Source: a virus. From it: a stretch of DNA of 39,045 nucleotides. The stretch lies in the IMG/VR virus record IMGVR_UViG_3300027842_000001, positions 1 to 39,045 of that record. One strand, 5' to 3'. Within the stretch, counting starts at the first letter, position 1; each line of letters begins with the position of its first letter. Positions 17,752-26,903 of this stretch are shown in pieces. The notes under the pieces were generated by a model, which saw only the letters and a program-made list of their open reading frames with translations, made no database searches and was not told where the DNA came from. A program made the translations under genes and the position numbers.

Positions 17752-18327
17752 GTGTATTTGACGCCGCTGTACGCCAATCCGCGACGGCGCAGACGCCGCT
17801 ATTACCGGCGCTATCGTCGCAACCCCGAAGGGTTCGGCTTCGACGACAACCCGCGGCGGCGGCGCCGCTACTACTACCGACGACGGCGCAACCCGCAGCT
17901 TTTGGGCATCGACATGGGCGACGCCGGCGGCACGATCCTGGGCGCGATCGGCACGGCCTACGCGGATTCCGCGCTGGTCGGCCCGCTGGTCGGCCGCATG
18001 CTCGGCGCCGCGGGCAGCTTCAAGCCGGCCGTACAGGCCGTGCTCTCGGCCTTCGCGGTGCATTGGGGCTTGCGACGGCTCAACCCCGGTTGGGCTCGCG
18101 CGACCTCGGGCGGCGGCGCGCTGTACGCCGTGGTGGGCATCGCCAACACGATCGCCCCCGGCCTGGTGCCAATCACCATTGGCGTGCCGACGCAGCTCGC
18201 CGGGCTGCGCCCACTCGCCGCGTTGCAACCTCCCGCACCCGCGGCAGCAGCAGGCGGCGGCACGCAGGCGGTCAACACCGCCTCACCGACGACGGGTCTA
18301 CGGATCATGTCGCGGAACGGGCTGTAA
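17752..18327 (+). CDS. Arg-rich (NPRRRR/RRNP) N-terminus fused to a Gly/Ala-rich hydrophobic domain; probable virion membrane or core protein
   Basis: GTG 17752 with GGAGG 10 nt upstream; first gene of the plus-strand arm. Confidence 0.65.
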   Translation: MYLTPLYANPRRRRRRYYRRYRRNPEGFGFDDNPRRRRRYYYRRRRNPQLLGIDMGDAGGTILGAIGTAYADSALVGPLVGRMLGAAGSFKPAVQAVLSAFAVHWGLRRLNPGWARATSGGGALYAVVGIANTIAPGLVPITIGVPTQLAGLRPLAALQPPAPAAAAGGGTQAVNTASPTTGLRIMSRNGL

Positions 18328-18337
18328 GGGGGGTCCC

Positions 18338-19369
18338 GTGGCAGTACGAACAGTCCGAAGCGTCGCGGTAACCGACGTCTACAACTCGGGCGGCGGCATC
18401 GCTCACGAGCTCTCACCGCTGCCATTCGCAACCACGCGGATCGACTGGCAGATCGAGGCCAACCTCACCACCAGCGCCTCACCAGGCACGTCTCAGGATT
18501 GGCTCTGGCGGCTTATCAATGCGCTGTCGCTGAGCTCACCGCTCGGCAACCATCTCACCCTCGGCGACTTGCGCCCGCTGCACTTCGAAAACCGCCTGCG
18601 GTGGGGCGGCCAGTTCACCACCCCCGCGGCACCCGGCGCCTCGGCAACGGGCGTCGTGAAACACGCGATTTTGCGTTTCGATTGCGGCGTCAACCCGCTT
18701 GACCCGTGGGACCTCACCGGCGGCCTGCCGGCGCGGCTCGGCAATCTGTCGATGGCTGGCGGGTGGGCCGCGGCGACACAGCTCGGCTCGGGCTACACCG
18801 TCAACGCGGGCACGCTCCTGCGGACCAAGCTCTACGGCGTGCTGCCCGAGATGGACGGCGAGGCGATCCCGCGCGCCATTCCGGTGATGCAGACGTACCA
18901 GCCGCAACCCTCGAGCAACTCGGCGTCACTCGGCACGAGCTGGAACTTCCCGAAGGGCCATTTCCTGCACAGCATCGTCGTGATGCCGGCCGCGGGCGTG
19001 CGCCCCGCGGACAATCGCTCGGATACGGCGCTGCAAGACATTGGCATCGGCCTGCCCGTCGCGGGCAACCGCCAGCCGTACTACGACACGTGGTACTCGT
19101 TCAAGCAAGAGCAGCGCATCGTGTCGGTGGCGGAGGACGACGGCAACACCTTCGGCGTGCCGACGGTGGCGGCTGAGGGCGACGTCGGCGTAGGCATGCT
19201 GGCCGTCGCGCGACTGGCCGCGGGCGGAAATCCGCTCTACGGCATCGACGACCGCAACGCCGGCGAGGGCGACACGCAATTGCTCTTTGGCGTGAACAAC
19301 AACAGCCAGCTTTCGGTGTGGCTGCTCACACGCCACTACGACCTCAACCCCGCGGCAGGAGGCAGCTAA
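18338..19369 (+). CDS. Virion structural protein, candidate major capsid protein (343 aa)
   Basis: GTG 18338 after AAGGGGGG. Large, beta-rich-looking, low in charged runs; position at the head of the structural arm. Fold not determinable by eye. Confidence 0.55.
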   Translation: MAVRTVRSVAVTDVYNSGGGIAHELSPLPFATTRIDWQIEANLTTSASPGTSQDWLWRLINALSLSSPLGNHLTLGDLRPLHFENRLRWGGQFTTPAAPGASATGVVKHAILRFDCGVNPLDPWDLTGGLPARLGNLSMAGGWAAATQLGSGYTVNAGTLLRTKLYGVLPEMDGEAIPRAIPVMQTYQPQPSSNSASLGTSWNFPKGHFLHSIVVMPAAGVRPADNRSDTALQDIGIGLPVAGNRQPYYDTWYSFKQEQRIVSVAEDDGNTFGVPTVAAEGDVGVGMLAVARLAAGGNPLYGIDDRNAGEGDTQLLFGVNNNSQLSVWLLTRHYDLNPAAGGS

Positions 19370-19373
19370 AGCG

Positions 19374-19469
19374 ATGGCGACGCGCAAGCAGATAGCAGCG
19401 GCAAAGCGCAATATCAAAAAGGCGATCGCGGCCAACCGTCGCCGCGGCGGCCGACGTCGGAGGCGCTAA
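19374..19469 (+). CDS. Very basic mini-protein (31 aa, below the track cutoff)
   Basis: Hand translation: MATRKQIAAAKRNIKKAIAANRRRGGRRRRR. Confidence 0.4.
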   Translation: MATRKQIAAAKRNIKKAIAANRRRGGRRRRR

Positions 19470-19472
19470 GCG

Positions 19473-20306
19473 GTGGCGACGGGCGATCGACCACGCGCGC
19501 CGGATGGGCGCCGCGGCGGGCCTATCCCTGTCGGTGAACCTGCCGCGGAGGACCGCGACCAGGTGGCCGAGCTGGCCAGGCAGGCGGCCGAGCGCCGCCA
19601 GCGCGAGCTCGAAGAGCAGCAGGCCGCGGCCGAACCCGCGGGCGTGCCGCCGAGTGACGACCAGCGCCAGGCGATCGACGCGCTACGCGATCGCTCGGCC
19701 GAGCTGCGCGCACCAGCAGCTCGAGCGCTGCGCCGCCAGCCGGTCGCGATTGGCACGGTGTACGACGACGAGCGCGAGGACGTCGAGGACCTGCACGCGG
19801 ACGCCCGCGAGGCACGCCTCGACGAGCTCAAAGAGCGCGGCATCGTCGACCCCGCGCTCGAGCACGAATCGGCCGGCTTCGATCCCGAGCTGCCAGGCCT
19901 GCCCGGGCACGAGCTGTACGGCGTCTTTACGTGTCCGAATTGCGGAGCGCCTGTCGAACGGGCCTTCCCCGGCTACGTCGATTGGGACCTCGCCTCGCGC
20001 GACCTGGTCTGCCACCAGTGCGGCGGCCTGGTCAAACGTGGCGGCGCCGCGGCCGAAACGGAAGCCGAAGCCGAGCCCGAGACTGTGCAGACGTCTGCAC
20101 AGACGGCACAGAGCGCACAGACAGGCGAGGCGCTGCCTACCGGCGAACCTGGCACGTACAACCCGCCGCCGCTGAGCGCCGACGAACGCGCCGAGCTCGA
20201 GCAGCTCCGCCGCGAGCGTGCCGAACGTGAGGCGGCGGCCAGCTCGCCACCGCCACCCGAGCCAGCCGCGGAGCAGCAAACAACCGAAGAGCCGCCGAGC
20301 GGGTAG
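19473..20306 (+). CDS. Acidic coiled-coil protein with central zinc ribbon
   Basis: CPNCG...CHQCG; contains palindrome 20084-20101 plus a 9-bp tandem extension. Confidence 0.6.
   Translation: MATGDRPRAPDGRRGGPIPVGEPAAEDRDQVAELARQAAERRQRELEEQQAAAEPAGVPPSDDQRQAIDALRDRSAELRAPAARALRRQPVAIGTVYDDEREDVEDLHADAREARLDELKERGIVDPALEHESAGFDPELPGLPGHELYGVFTCPNCGAPVERAFPGYVDWDLASRDLVCHQCGGLVKRGGAAAETEAEAEPETVQTSAQTAQSAQTGEALPTGEPGTYNPPPLSADERAELEQLRRERAEREAAASSPPPPEPAAEQQTTEEPPSG
20084..20101. repeat. 18-bp palindrome, copy 2
   Basis: Exact; read as VQTSAQ; followed by GCACAGA x3 with 9-bp period (20097, 20106, 20115). Confidence 0.95.
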
Positions 20307-20315
20307 CGGGCCGCG

Positions 20316-21257
20316 GTGACGCAGCCAATAACGCCCGTACCGGGCACGCGGGACGAGCCCGCCTACGTTCTGCTCGACAAGGGCGACGTAGTGCGGGTGA
20401 TGAACCCGCAGAACCCGACCCCGGACACGAAGGGCGAGCCGCTCAACACCCGCGGCTATAACTCGCTGATAGTCGACCTGAACCCGGACCAAACGGCCGG
20501 GCCGACCTCAGTAACGGTGCTCGGCGCGCCAACGCCGGGCGGCCCGTGGCTCCAGGAAGTCGACCCGCAGGCCTTCCAGTCCGGCGTGTCCACTCAGAAG
20601 CGCTTTGTTGTTACGGGCATCTCGACGTACAACGCGGTCGCGCTAACCGCCCCGGTCGGCTGGACGGTCTGGTTTACGCCGTTCAACGCGGCATCGCAAA
20701 CCAACGTCCAGATCACCGGCACCACAACACAGAACCTCGCGCAGTACGGCGGCGTGGCGGTCGGGCCGTCGAACCCGCTCGACACACGGCCCAACGGCCC
20801 GGTCGACGTTTCTGACCGCGCGGCGCGGCTGCTCGGCGTCATTGCGTCGATTACGAACACGGTCCCCGACGACGTCATCGACCGCGCGGCGCGGCTGCTC
20901 GGCATCGCCTCGCTGGCTAAAAGCACGTGGAGCCAGGTCGGCACCAGCGCGGCCAACACCGCGCAGACGGTGACTCAGGCCGCGGCCGGTGCGGGCGTGC
21001 GCAACCTGGTAACGGGCCTGACGGTGAGCTGGTCGGGCGGCGCCCCGGCGGCCGGCACGAACGTGCAGGTCAAAGACGGCTCGACCGTCATATGGGACGA
21101 GTATCTCGGCCAGGCCGGCGGCACGCAGGGCTATGCGGATTTCGAATTTACGGCGCCGCTGCAAGGCACGGCCAACACCGCGTTATCGGTGACCATCGCC
21201 GCCGCGGGCGCGGGCGTGACCACCAAAGTGTCGGTACAGGGGCAAACGGGAGCGTAG
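20316..21257 (+). CDS. Virion structural protein (313 aa), candidate vertex/spike component
   Basis: Track ORF, Thr/Gly/Val-rich beta-type composition; internal 24-bp exact repeat encoding DRAARLLG. Confidence 0.65.
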   Translation: MTQPITPVPGTRDEPAYVLLDKGDVVRVMNPQNPTPDTKGEPLNTRGYNSLIVDLNPDQTAGPTSVTVLGAPTPGGPWLQEVDPQAFQSGVSTQKRFVVTGISTYNAVALTAPVGWTVWFTPFNAASQTNVQITGTTTQNLAQYGGVAVGPSNPLDTRPNGPVDVSDRAARLLGVIASITNTVPDDVIDRAARLLGIASLAKSTWSQVGTSAANTAQTVTQAAAGAGVRNLVTGLTVSWSGGAPAAGTNVQVKDGSTVIWDEYLGQAGGTQGYADFEFTAPLQGTANTALSVTIAAAGAGVTTKVSVQGQTGA

Positions 21258-21265
21258 GAGCAAAG

Positions 21266-21676
21266 ATGGCCAATCTCGACGTCGTCGACCGCATCGAAAA
21301 TGCCGACACCGGCACGCTCACGCTGGTGGTCAAAGACCGCGACAACGCCGAGGACCTCGGCGCGTACTACCACTACGCGGCCGTTCCACCAGCTCACGCA
21401 AACGTGAAACCCGACCAGTGGGCCGAACAGGTCGCCGCGCATGCGCTGGCGCTCGAGGCACGAGCTCGCGGCATCGAGCCACCCGCCCGCGCGCATCCCG
21501 AACCCGGCCAGCTCGGCGCCGCGCCCGCGGGCGAGCAGCTCGCCGACGAGGACCAGGCCGAGCTCGAGCAGCTCCGCGCGGCGCGTGCTTCGGCCGACCA
21601 GGTGGCGCGCGATCGCGCCGAGCTCGAGCAGCTCCGCGCCGAGCGCGCGGCGCACCAGGAGCAGCCGACGGCGTGA
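21266..21676 (+). CDS. Hypothetical protein (136 aa) with coiled-coil tail
   Basis: ATG 21266 with AGGAG 5 nt upstream; two AELEQLR repeats. Confidence 0.7.
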   Translation: MANLDVVDRIENADTGTLTLVVKDRDNAEDLGAYYHYAAVPPAHANVKPDQWAEQVAAHALALEARARGIEPPARAHPEPGQLGAAPAGEQLADEDQAELEQLRAARASADQVARDRAELEQLRAERAAHQEQPTA

Positions 21677-23475
21677 CGATGCTCGCGGGGCCGCAAGGTG
21701 GCGGGCCGCCACCGCCCGCGGCCAACACCGTAACGCTCGGGATCTTTCGCGCCGAGGACTACGGCGCGCACAGCATCCAGGCGGGCGCTACCGACGCCTC
21801 GGGAGGTATCAACATCGCGGCCAGCATCGCCGCGGCGCAGGGCGGCGGCCTGGTGATGCTCGACCCGGGCCTCACGTATCCGGTGCGGCGCACGGTGACG
21901 CTCCCCGCGAATGTCGAGCTCGCGATCCCGACGGGCACGGTGCTGCAAGCCGCGGCCGGCCTGGTGGGCGACGTCGTCACGGCGACCAATGCGGCGGGCG
22001 TCCGAATTTCGGGCGGCGGCACGATCGACGCCAACCGCGCCATAGGCACCACCGGCAACGGCGTCACGCTCACCGGCTGCACGGAGCCACAGGTCGAAGA
22101 GATCGCGATTATCAACGCCTGGCAGGATGACGTCGCGCTGGTCAACTGCGTTCGCCCGGTGCTCGACGTGTTTGTCGGCGCCTCGGGCCGCCACGGTCTG
22201 TATCACAGCGGGACCACGTTCGGCCGCGGCCAGGTCACCGCTCGAGACAACGGCCAGCGCATCGCGGGCCACGGCGTCGTGTTCGATGCCGCCTCGACTG
22301 ACAACTGCTACGGGCCGCTGGTGTCCACCGACTCGCGCGTCGGCGGCGCCAAAACGCAGCAATACGGCGTGTTCGAAGTACCCGCCTCCGGGTGCGATCG
22401 CAACACGTATGCACCGTCGGCGCTCGGCGGTAACGCCGTCGGCTCGCAATCGCTGGTGGGCGCGAGCTCGGGCCCGGTGGTGATTGCGCCGAACTCGATC
22501 AGCGCCGGCATGCTGGCCAACGGATCGGTAGGCGACGTCGCGATCGCCGCGGCGGGCCTGTCGAACTCGTCTCTAAACGCGACGGTCGCTCGAGCGAACC
22601 AGCTCATAAACGGCAATTTCCAGGTGTGGCAGCGCGGCACCGGCCCATTCAGCGCTAATGCCGCATACGGCCCCGACCGCTGGCAGATCGGGCTCGCTGG
22701 CAGCGACGCAATCACCGTTTCACGCGACACCACGCACGTTGACGTCGGAGCGACCTATGCGTGCCACGTGACATTCACGCTCGGCACGGGCGGCGGCGCG
22801 AGCGGCCTGTTCCAGTACCTCAAGGCGGGCGACGGCTACGCGCTGCCAGGCGAGCCATTCGCGGCGTCGCTGCGCGTGTATTGCGACACAGCCAACGCGG
22901 TACGCCTCTCGCTCACGTCGGACGGCACCGGCGGCGCGCCGGTGTATTCGGCGTTCAACAACGTCACGAACGGCTGGCAGACGCTCACGGTCGCCATTCC
23001 CGCGCTTCCCGCCAACGTGGGGCAACTGCAACTCTCGATCTACTTCGCGGCCTCGTGCAATGCGTGGTTCAACCATGCCTGCGTGGTGCAGGGCACCGTC
23101 GCCGCTAACGACGTGCCGCTGACACCCGCCGAGGACCTCGCGCGGTGTCTGCGCTATTACCAGCGCTTCGGCCCGAGCGCGCAGGTGTTTGCAGCAGGCC
23201 AGGCCTACAACACCAGCGGCGGCGCGATCCCGTTCCCACTCGTCGCGCCGATGGGCGGGAACCCCACGCTGACCGTATCGGCGCTCAGCGATGTCGGGTT
23301 GACCAATGCCGCGGGGAGTGGCGTCGCGTGTACCTCGCTCAGCATCGACGTGCCCCACAACTGGCACCCGCGCCTCAACGCCGGCCTCGGGAGCGCGCCG
23401 CTGGTGGCGGGCAACGCGACCCAACTCTGCTACATGTCGTCGAGCGTGTGGATCGCTTTCGAGTGGAATCCATGA
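21673..23475 (+). CDS. Receptor-binding protein: pectate-lyase-like beta-helix domain plus C-terminal fibre-type domain
   Basis: GTG 21673 overlaps the upstream TGA. N-terminal FRAEDYGA...GATDASGGINIAASIAAAQGGGLVMLDPG and Gly/Asn/Val rungs; C-terminal NGNFQVWQRGT...DRWQ motif, common in phage fibre tips. Confidence 0.8.
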   Translation: MTMLAGPQGGGPPPPAANTVTLGIFRAEDYGAHSIQAGATDASGGINIAASIAAAQGGGLVMLDPGLTYPVRRTVTLPANVELAIPTGTVLQAAAGLVGDVVTATNAAGVRISGGGTIDANRAIGTTGNGVTLTGCTEPQVEEIAIINAWQDDVALVNCVRPVLDVFVGASGRHGLYHSGTTFGRGQVTARDNGQRIAGHGVVFDAASTDNCYGPLVSTDSRVGGAKTQQYGVFEVPASGCDRNTYAPSALGGNAVGSQSLVGASSGPVVIAPNSISAGMLANGSVGDVAIAAAGLSNSSLNATVARANQLINGNFQVWQRGTGPFSANAAYGPDRWQIGLAGSDAITVSRDTTHVDVGATYACHVTFTLGTGGGASGLFQYLKAGDGYALPGEPFAASLRVYCDTANAVRLSLTSDGTGGAPVYSAFNNVTNGWQTLTVAIPALPANVGQLQLSIYFAASCNAWFNHACVVQGTVAANDVPLTPAEDLARCLRYYQRFGPSAQVFAAGQAYNTSGGAIPFPLVAPMGGNPTLTVSALSDVGLTNAAGSGVACTSLSIDVPHNWHPRLNAGLGSAPLVAGNATQLCYMSSSVWIAFEWNP

Positions 23476-23804
23476 CCGTCATTCCGACCGTCAACGCTGG
23501 CGCTGTCTCGATCACGTGTGGCAACGGCCACACGAACCCGCTCGCGATCAGCGCGATTACTCGGCCGCCCGCGGGCCTCGGCCCGCCGTTCGCGGTGCTG
23601 ACCGTTACGTGCCCGACGTGTGGCGAGTCGAGCTCGCATCCGGTGTCCGGCGGCGCCGACCAGGCGAGCGTACAGACGTTGTTTGTAACGGTTGTGGCGG
23701 CGAACGGCTGCCCGTGCGGCGCGCTCACCGCGGGCAAAGCCGCCGCGCTGGTGCGCTCTCATTTGCGATCGCACGCACAGCAGCTCGGGGGCACCTTCCC
23801 GTGA
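23472..23804 (+). CDS. Hypothetical Cys-containing protein (110 aa)
   Basis: ATGA overlap; CGNGH...CPTCG...CPCG. Confidence 0.6.
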   Translation: MTVIPTVNAGAVSITCGNGHTNPLAISAITRPPAGLGPPFAVLTVTCPTCGESSSHPVSGGADQASVQTLFVTVVAANGCPCGALTAGKAAALVRSHLRSHAQQLGGTFP

Positions 23805-24022
23805 GCTTTCAGGTCTGCTACGAAAACGACAACCGCGGCGTCGTCGCGTGGCAGTCGCCCGACTTCGGCGGCGCGGACATGGGCGCCGGCTACACCGTGG
23901 CCACGATCAACGACGACACGCTGTACGCCTGGCTCAACGCCAACGTCGGTTGGCCCCCCTACGCGGTGCTCAACGCCGACGGCCAGCACTTCACGCTCGC
24001 GCAGACGGTGGCCGGCTGGTGA
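23801..24022 (+). CDS. Hypothetical protein (73 aa)
   Basis: GTGA overlaps at both ends; balanced composition. Confidence 0.6.
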   Translation: MSFQVCYENDNRGVVAWQSPDFGGADMGAGYTVATINDDTLYAWLNANVGWPPYAVLNADGQHFTLAQTVAGW

Positions 24023-24594
24023 ACATTCAGGACGTCTACGACCAGGCCGCCAGCGTGGCACAGCAGAGCGGCGTCGATCCGTCGATCATCGCCACGATCG
24101 CCAGCACCGAATCGAACCTCGCGCTCGCCCCGCCGTTTACGCTCGGCATCACCACGCAGGCGAGCCGCGGCGGCGCGGGCAGCTCGGGCCAGACGCTCAG
24201 CTCGGGCTCGCCGTATGCCGGCACCAGCCAACCCGCGGCGTTTTGGGCCTACAACGACGGCGCCGAGGCGGCGATCGCTTTCGCGCAGTACATCGCGGCG
24301 TATCAGTCGGAGCTCGCGCCGCTGCTCAGCCAGGCCTCCGCGTTTTTCGATCCGTCGGGGCCAATCATCCACTCGAACTACTACGTCCCAACACCAGGCG
24401 GGACCTCGGCGGCCGATTACTACGGCCATTGGCAAGCCGTCGCGGCCTCTCTCGGGGGCGGGGGAGTGGCGATCGCGACGCAACCGCTCGGCTCGACGCG
24501 GGCAGGCCTGCCAACGTTCCTCGAAAACTGGCCGGTGCCGGTCCTGGTCGGCCTCGCCGCGGTGCTCACGTTATGGGCCTTGGGGGAGCTCTAA
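24019..24594 (+). CDS. Lytic transglycosylase (SLT-like) with C-terminal membrane anchor
   Basis: IASTESN (catalytic Glu-Ser), LGITTQ, FWAYNDGAEAA (AYNxG) in canonical order; C-terminal VPVLVGLAAVLTLWALG. Confidence 0.75.
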   Translation: MNIQDVYDQAASVAQQSGVDPSIIATIASTESNLALAPPFTLGITTQASRGGAGSSGQTLSSGSPYAGTSQPAAFWAYNDGAEAAIAFAQYIAAYQSELAPLLSQASAFFDPSGPIIHSNYYVPTPGGTSAADYYGHWQAVAASLGGGGVAIATQPLGSTRAGLPTFLENWPVPVLVGLAAVLTLWALGEL

Positions 24595-24677
24595 GCGCAT
24601 GCACCAGGTAAGCGCGCGTGTGACGGAGCGGCGCCTCGCGTTGTGGCTGCGCCCGATGGCGACGGGCATCGCGGGAC

Positions 24678-24695
24678 TGTGCAGACGTCTGCACA
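24678..24695. repeat. 18-bp palindrome, copy 3
   Basis: Exact; in the intergenic gap 24595-24747. Confidence 0.95.
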
Positions 24696-24747
24696 ACTCG
24701 CCGCGGCGCTCGAGGCGTGAGCGGCGCCGATCGAGGGAGATGGCGCG

Positions 24748-25854
24748 GTGCAGGTAGACGGCCTCGGCGAGCGACCGCTGATTGACTCCGGCGGCTTCCC
24801 GGTGGTGTGGATCGGCGCGGCCGGCTGCACGATCGGCCAGGACCCGAGCCAGGGCGGGACGAATTGCTACGGCCCGGGTGACGTGCTGACGGACGCCGAC
24901 ACCGGCGCGCAGTATCAGATCGGCTCGGACTGGCACGTGCGCCAGCTCGGCGCGGGCGATTCCACCAGCTCGCCACCCGCGGACGCGGCGCCAACCCTGA
25001 GCGATCGGCTGTACTACGTCGATTCGGGCGAGATCATCGAGAAAGACACGTACAGCGACGGATCGGTGACCTACAGCGACACCGGCATGAGCTCGCCGCT
25101 GTCGGACGGCACGGCCTCGGGCAACCCCGCGGACTTGCAGCGCACGAGCTCGTCGACGGGCTCGCCTGACGGGAGCGGCTTTCAGGCCACGAACCCGGGC
25201 GGTGGCTACGGGCCGTATGCGACACCGGATCCGCCGCAGCTCACCGACATGGGCACCTATGTCCAGAATGGCGAGCTCTTCGACCACCAGGTCGACCAGT
25301 ACGGAAACGATTACTACTCAGACCTTGGGCCGGCGCCGCCCGGCAGCGCGCCGTCGCCGCCGATCGCGCAGCACCCCGCGCCAAGTGTGCCCACGCCTCG
25401 AGGCGGCGCAAGCGTTGGAGCCGGTACGGCACCGATCGCCACCACGCCCGCGCCTGGCACCGCTGGCGCGCCCGAACCGACGGCGGCCGATGGACAGCGC
25501 CTCTCAGGTCAGAACGCCGTTACCCAAGCGGCCTACCGCGGACTGTACGGCGCCAATGCCGCCAACGTGTGGGTAGCGCAACATAATGCCGCGATCGGAC
25601 AATCCGCCTCGACCCCACCGTCCGGCGGCGCCCCGAGGCCGAGCGGGGCGCCAACGGCGATCGCTCCGCGCGTGGGCAGCCGCTCGACGACTGGCGGCCC
25701 GGTGACGGTGCCGGGGGACCCGCAGCAGTGGGCGAAGCAACTCATTACGTGGCTGTCGGCGCCGTCCTCGATTGGCCACATGCCGAACGGCGTCCTCGTC
25801 CTCGGCAGTGTCGTCGGCTACTCGATGCTCAAGCGTAGGGGCATGTTCCGGTGA
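24748..25854 (+). CDS. Membrane-anchored virion protein, paralog family member A
   Basis: N-terminal GGFPVVW...QDPSQGGTNCYGPGD domain; EPTAADGQRLS module; C-terminal GPVTVPGDPQQWAKQLITWLSAPSSIGHMPN plus TM. Confidence 0.7.
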   Translation: MQVDGLGERPLIDSGGFPVVWIGAAGCTIGQDPSQGGTNCYGPGDVLTDADTGAQYQIGSDWHVRQLGAGDSTSSPPADAAPTLSDRLYYVDSGEIIEKDTYSDGSVTYSDTGMSSPLSDGTASGNPADLQRTSSSTGSPDGSGFQATNPGGGYGPYATPDPPQLTDMGTYVQNGELFDHQVDQYGNDYYSDLGPAPPGSAPSPPIAQHPAPSVPTPRGGASVGAGTAPIATTPAPGTAGAPEPTAADGQRLSGQNAVTQAAYRGLYGANAANVWVAQHNAAIGQSASTPPSGGAPRPSGAPTAIAPRVGSRSTTGGPVTVPGDPQQWAKQLITWLSAPSSIGHMPNGVLVLGSVVGYSMLKRRGMFR

Positions 25855-26897
25855 CCATCACCAGCGCGCCGAGCTCCGTCCCCGCGGGCAGCTCGTTTAG
25901 CGTGAGCTACTCGTTCCGCCACCCGAAAACGGGCGGTGTTGTCGGCATCACGCCACCAGGTCGCAACGTGTACTCCGTCGCGCCGCTCAGCGAGCAGATG
26001 GCATCGGCCGGTTTCCTCACGACGCAGCCCATGAGCGGCGCATCGGGCACGGTTACCCTGGTCGCGCCGAGCACACCGGGCGACTACAGCCTGCAAACGT
26101 TCTACGGCCCCGACGGCGGCACCGAAGATATCCAGTCGCTCCAGGTCACCGCCGCGGCTGCGGCTGCACCCCCGCCGCCGAGCTCGAGCAGCTCGACGGC
26201 GACGAGCGCTCCGGCCAGCTCGAGTACGCCGAGCAGCTCGAGCACGCTCAACCCGTGGGCCAACGCGCCAGCCGGTGTCTACGTGCCACCCTCGCCCGAA
26301 CCCGCGGCCAGCGACGGCGCGCGACTGTCGGCGCAGGGGACCGACGTGCAGGCCTACTACGTGGCCAACGCGGGGCCCGGCATGCTCGCCGCGACGCAAT
26401 TCGTCATCGACCACGAGCACCAGCTCGCCGCGATCGGCGCGAGCCAGCACCCGACGACGACGTACACCCCGCCACCGACCGAACCGGCCGCCAGCGACGG
26501 CGAGAAACTGTCGATGCAATCGCCCGACGTGCAGGCCTACTACGTCCAGAAATACGGGCCTGGCTTCCTGGCCGCAACGGGCTTTGTGAACGAGCGTAAT
26601 GCTTCGCTCGGCACGTCAATCCCGGGCGGCGCCTCGACGGTCCTCCCGCTCCCCGCGGGGCCTGGTGCGGGTGGCGCTGACACGGGCCTATTCACGGGCG
26701 GCGCGGGCGGTGGCGATTTCTCGAGCACCAGCACCACCACGCCGCCGGTGCCGACGACGTCGGCCGCGGGCGGCCTCCCGCCATCGTTCGGCAACCTGGT
26801 GCACCAGGTCGAGGCAAACCCGCCGCTGCTTATCGGGCTCGGCATCGGACTGTATTTCTTGCTCGGCGGCCAACTCCCCGGCAGCCATCGGAGGTAA
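25851..26897 (+). CDS. Membrane-anchored Ser/Pro-rich protein with two EPAASDG modules
   Basis: GTGA overlap; tandem modules of about 45 aa; C-terminal LLIGLGIGLYFLLGG. Confidence 0.7.
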   Translation: MTITSAPSSVPAGSSFSVSYSFRHPKTGGVVGITPPGRNVYSVAPLSEQMASAGFLTTQPMSGASGTVTLVAPSTPGDYSLQTFYGPDGGTEDIQSLQVTAAAAAAPPPPSSSSSTATSAPASSSTPSSSSTLNPWANAPAGVYVPPSPEPAASDGARLSAQGTDVQAYYVANAGPGMLAATQFVIDHEHQLAAIGASQHPTTTYTPPPTEPAASDGEKLSMQSPDVQAYYVQKYGPGFLAATGFVNERNASLGTSIPGGASTVLPLPAGPGAGGADTGLFTGGAGGGDFSSTSTTTPPVPTTSAAGGLPPSFGNLVHQVEANPPLLIGLGIGLYFLLGGQLPGSHRR

Positions 26898-26903
26898 TCG
26901 CGC

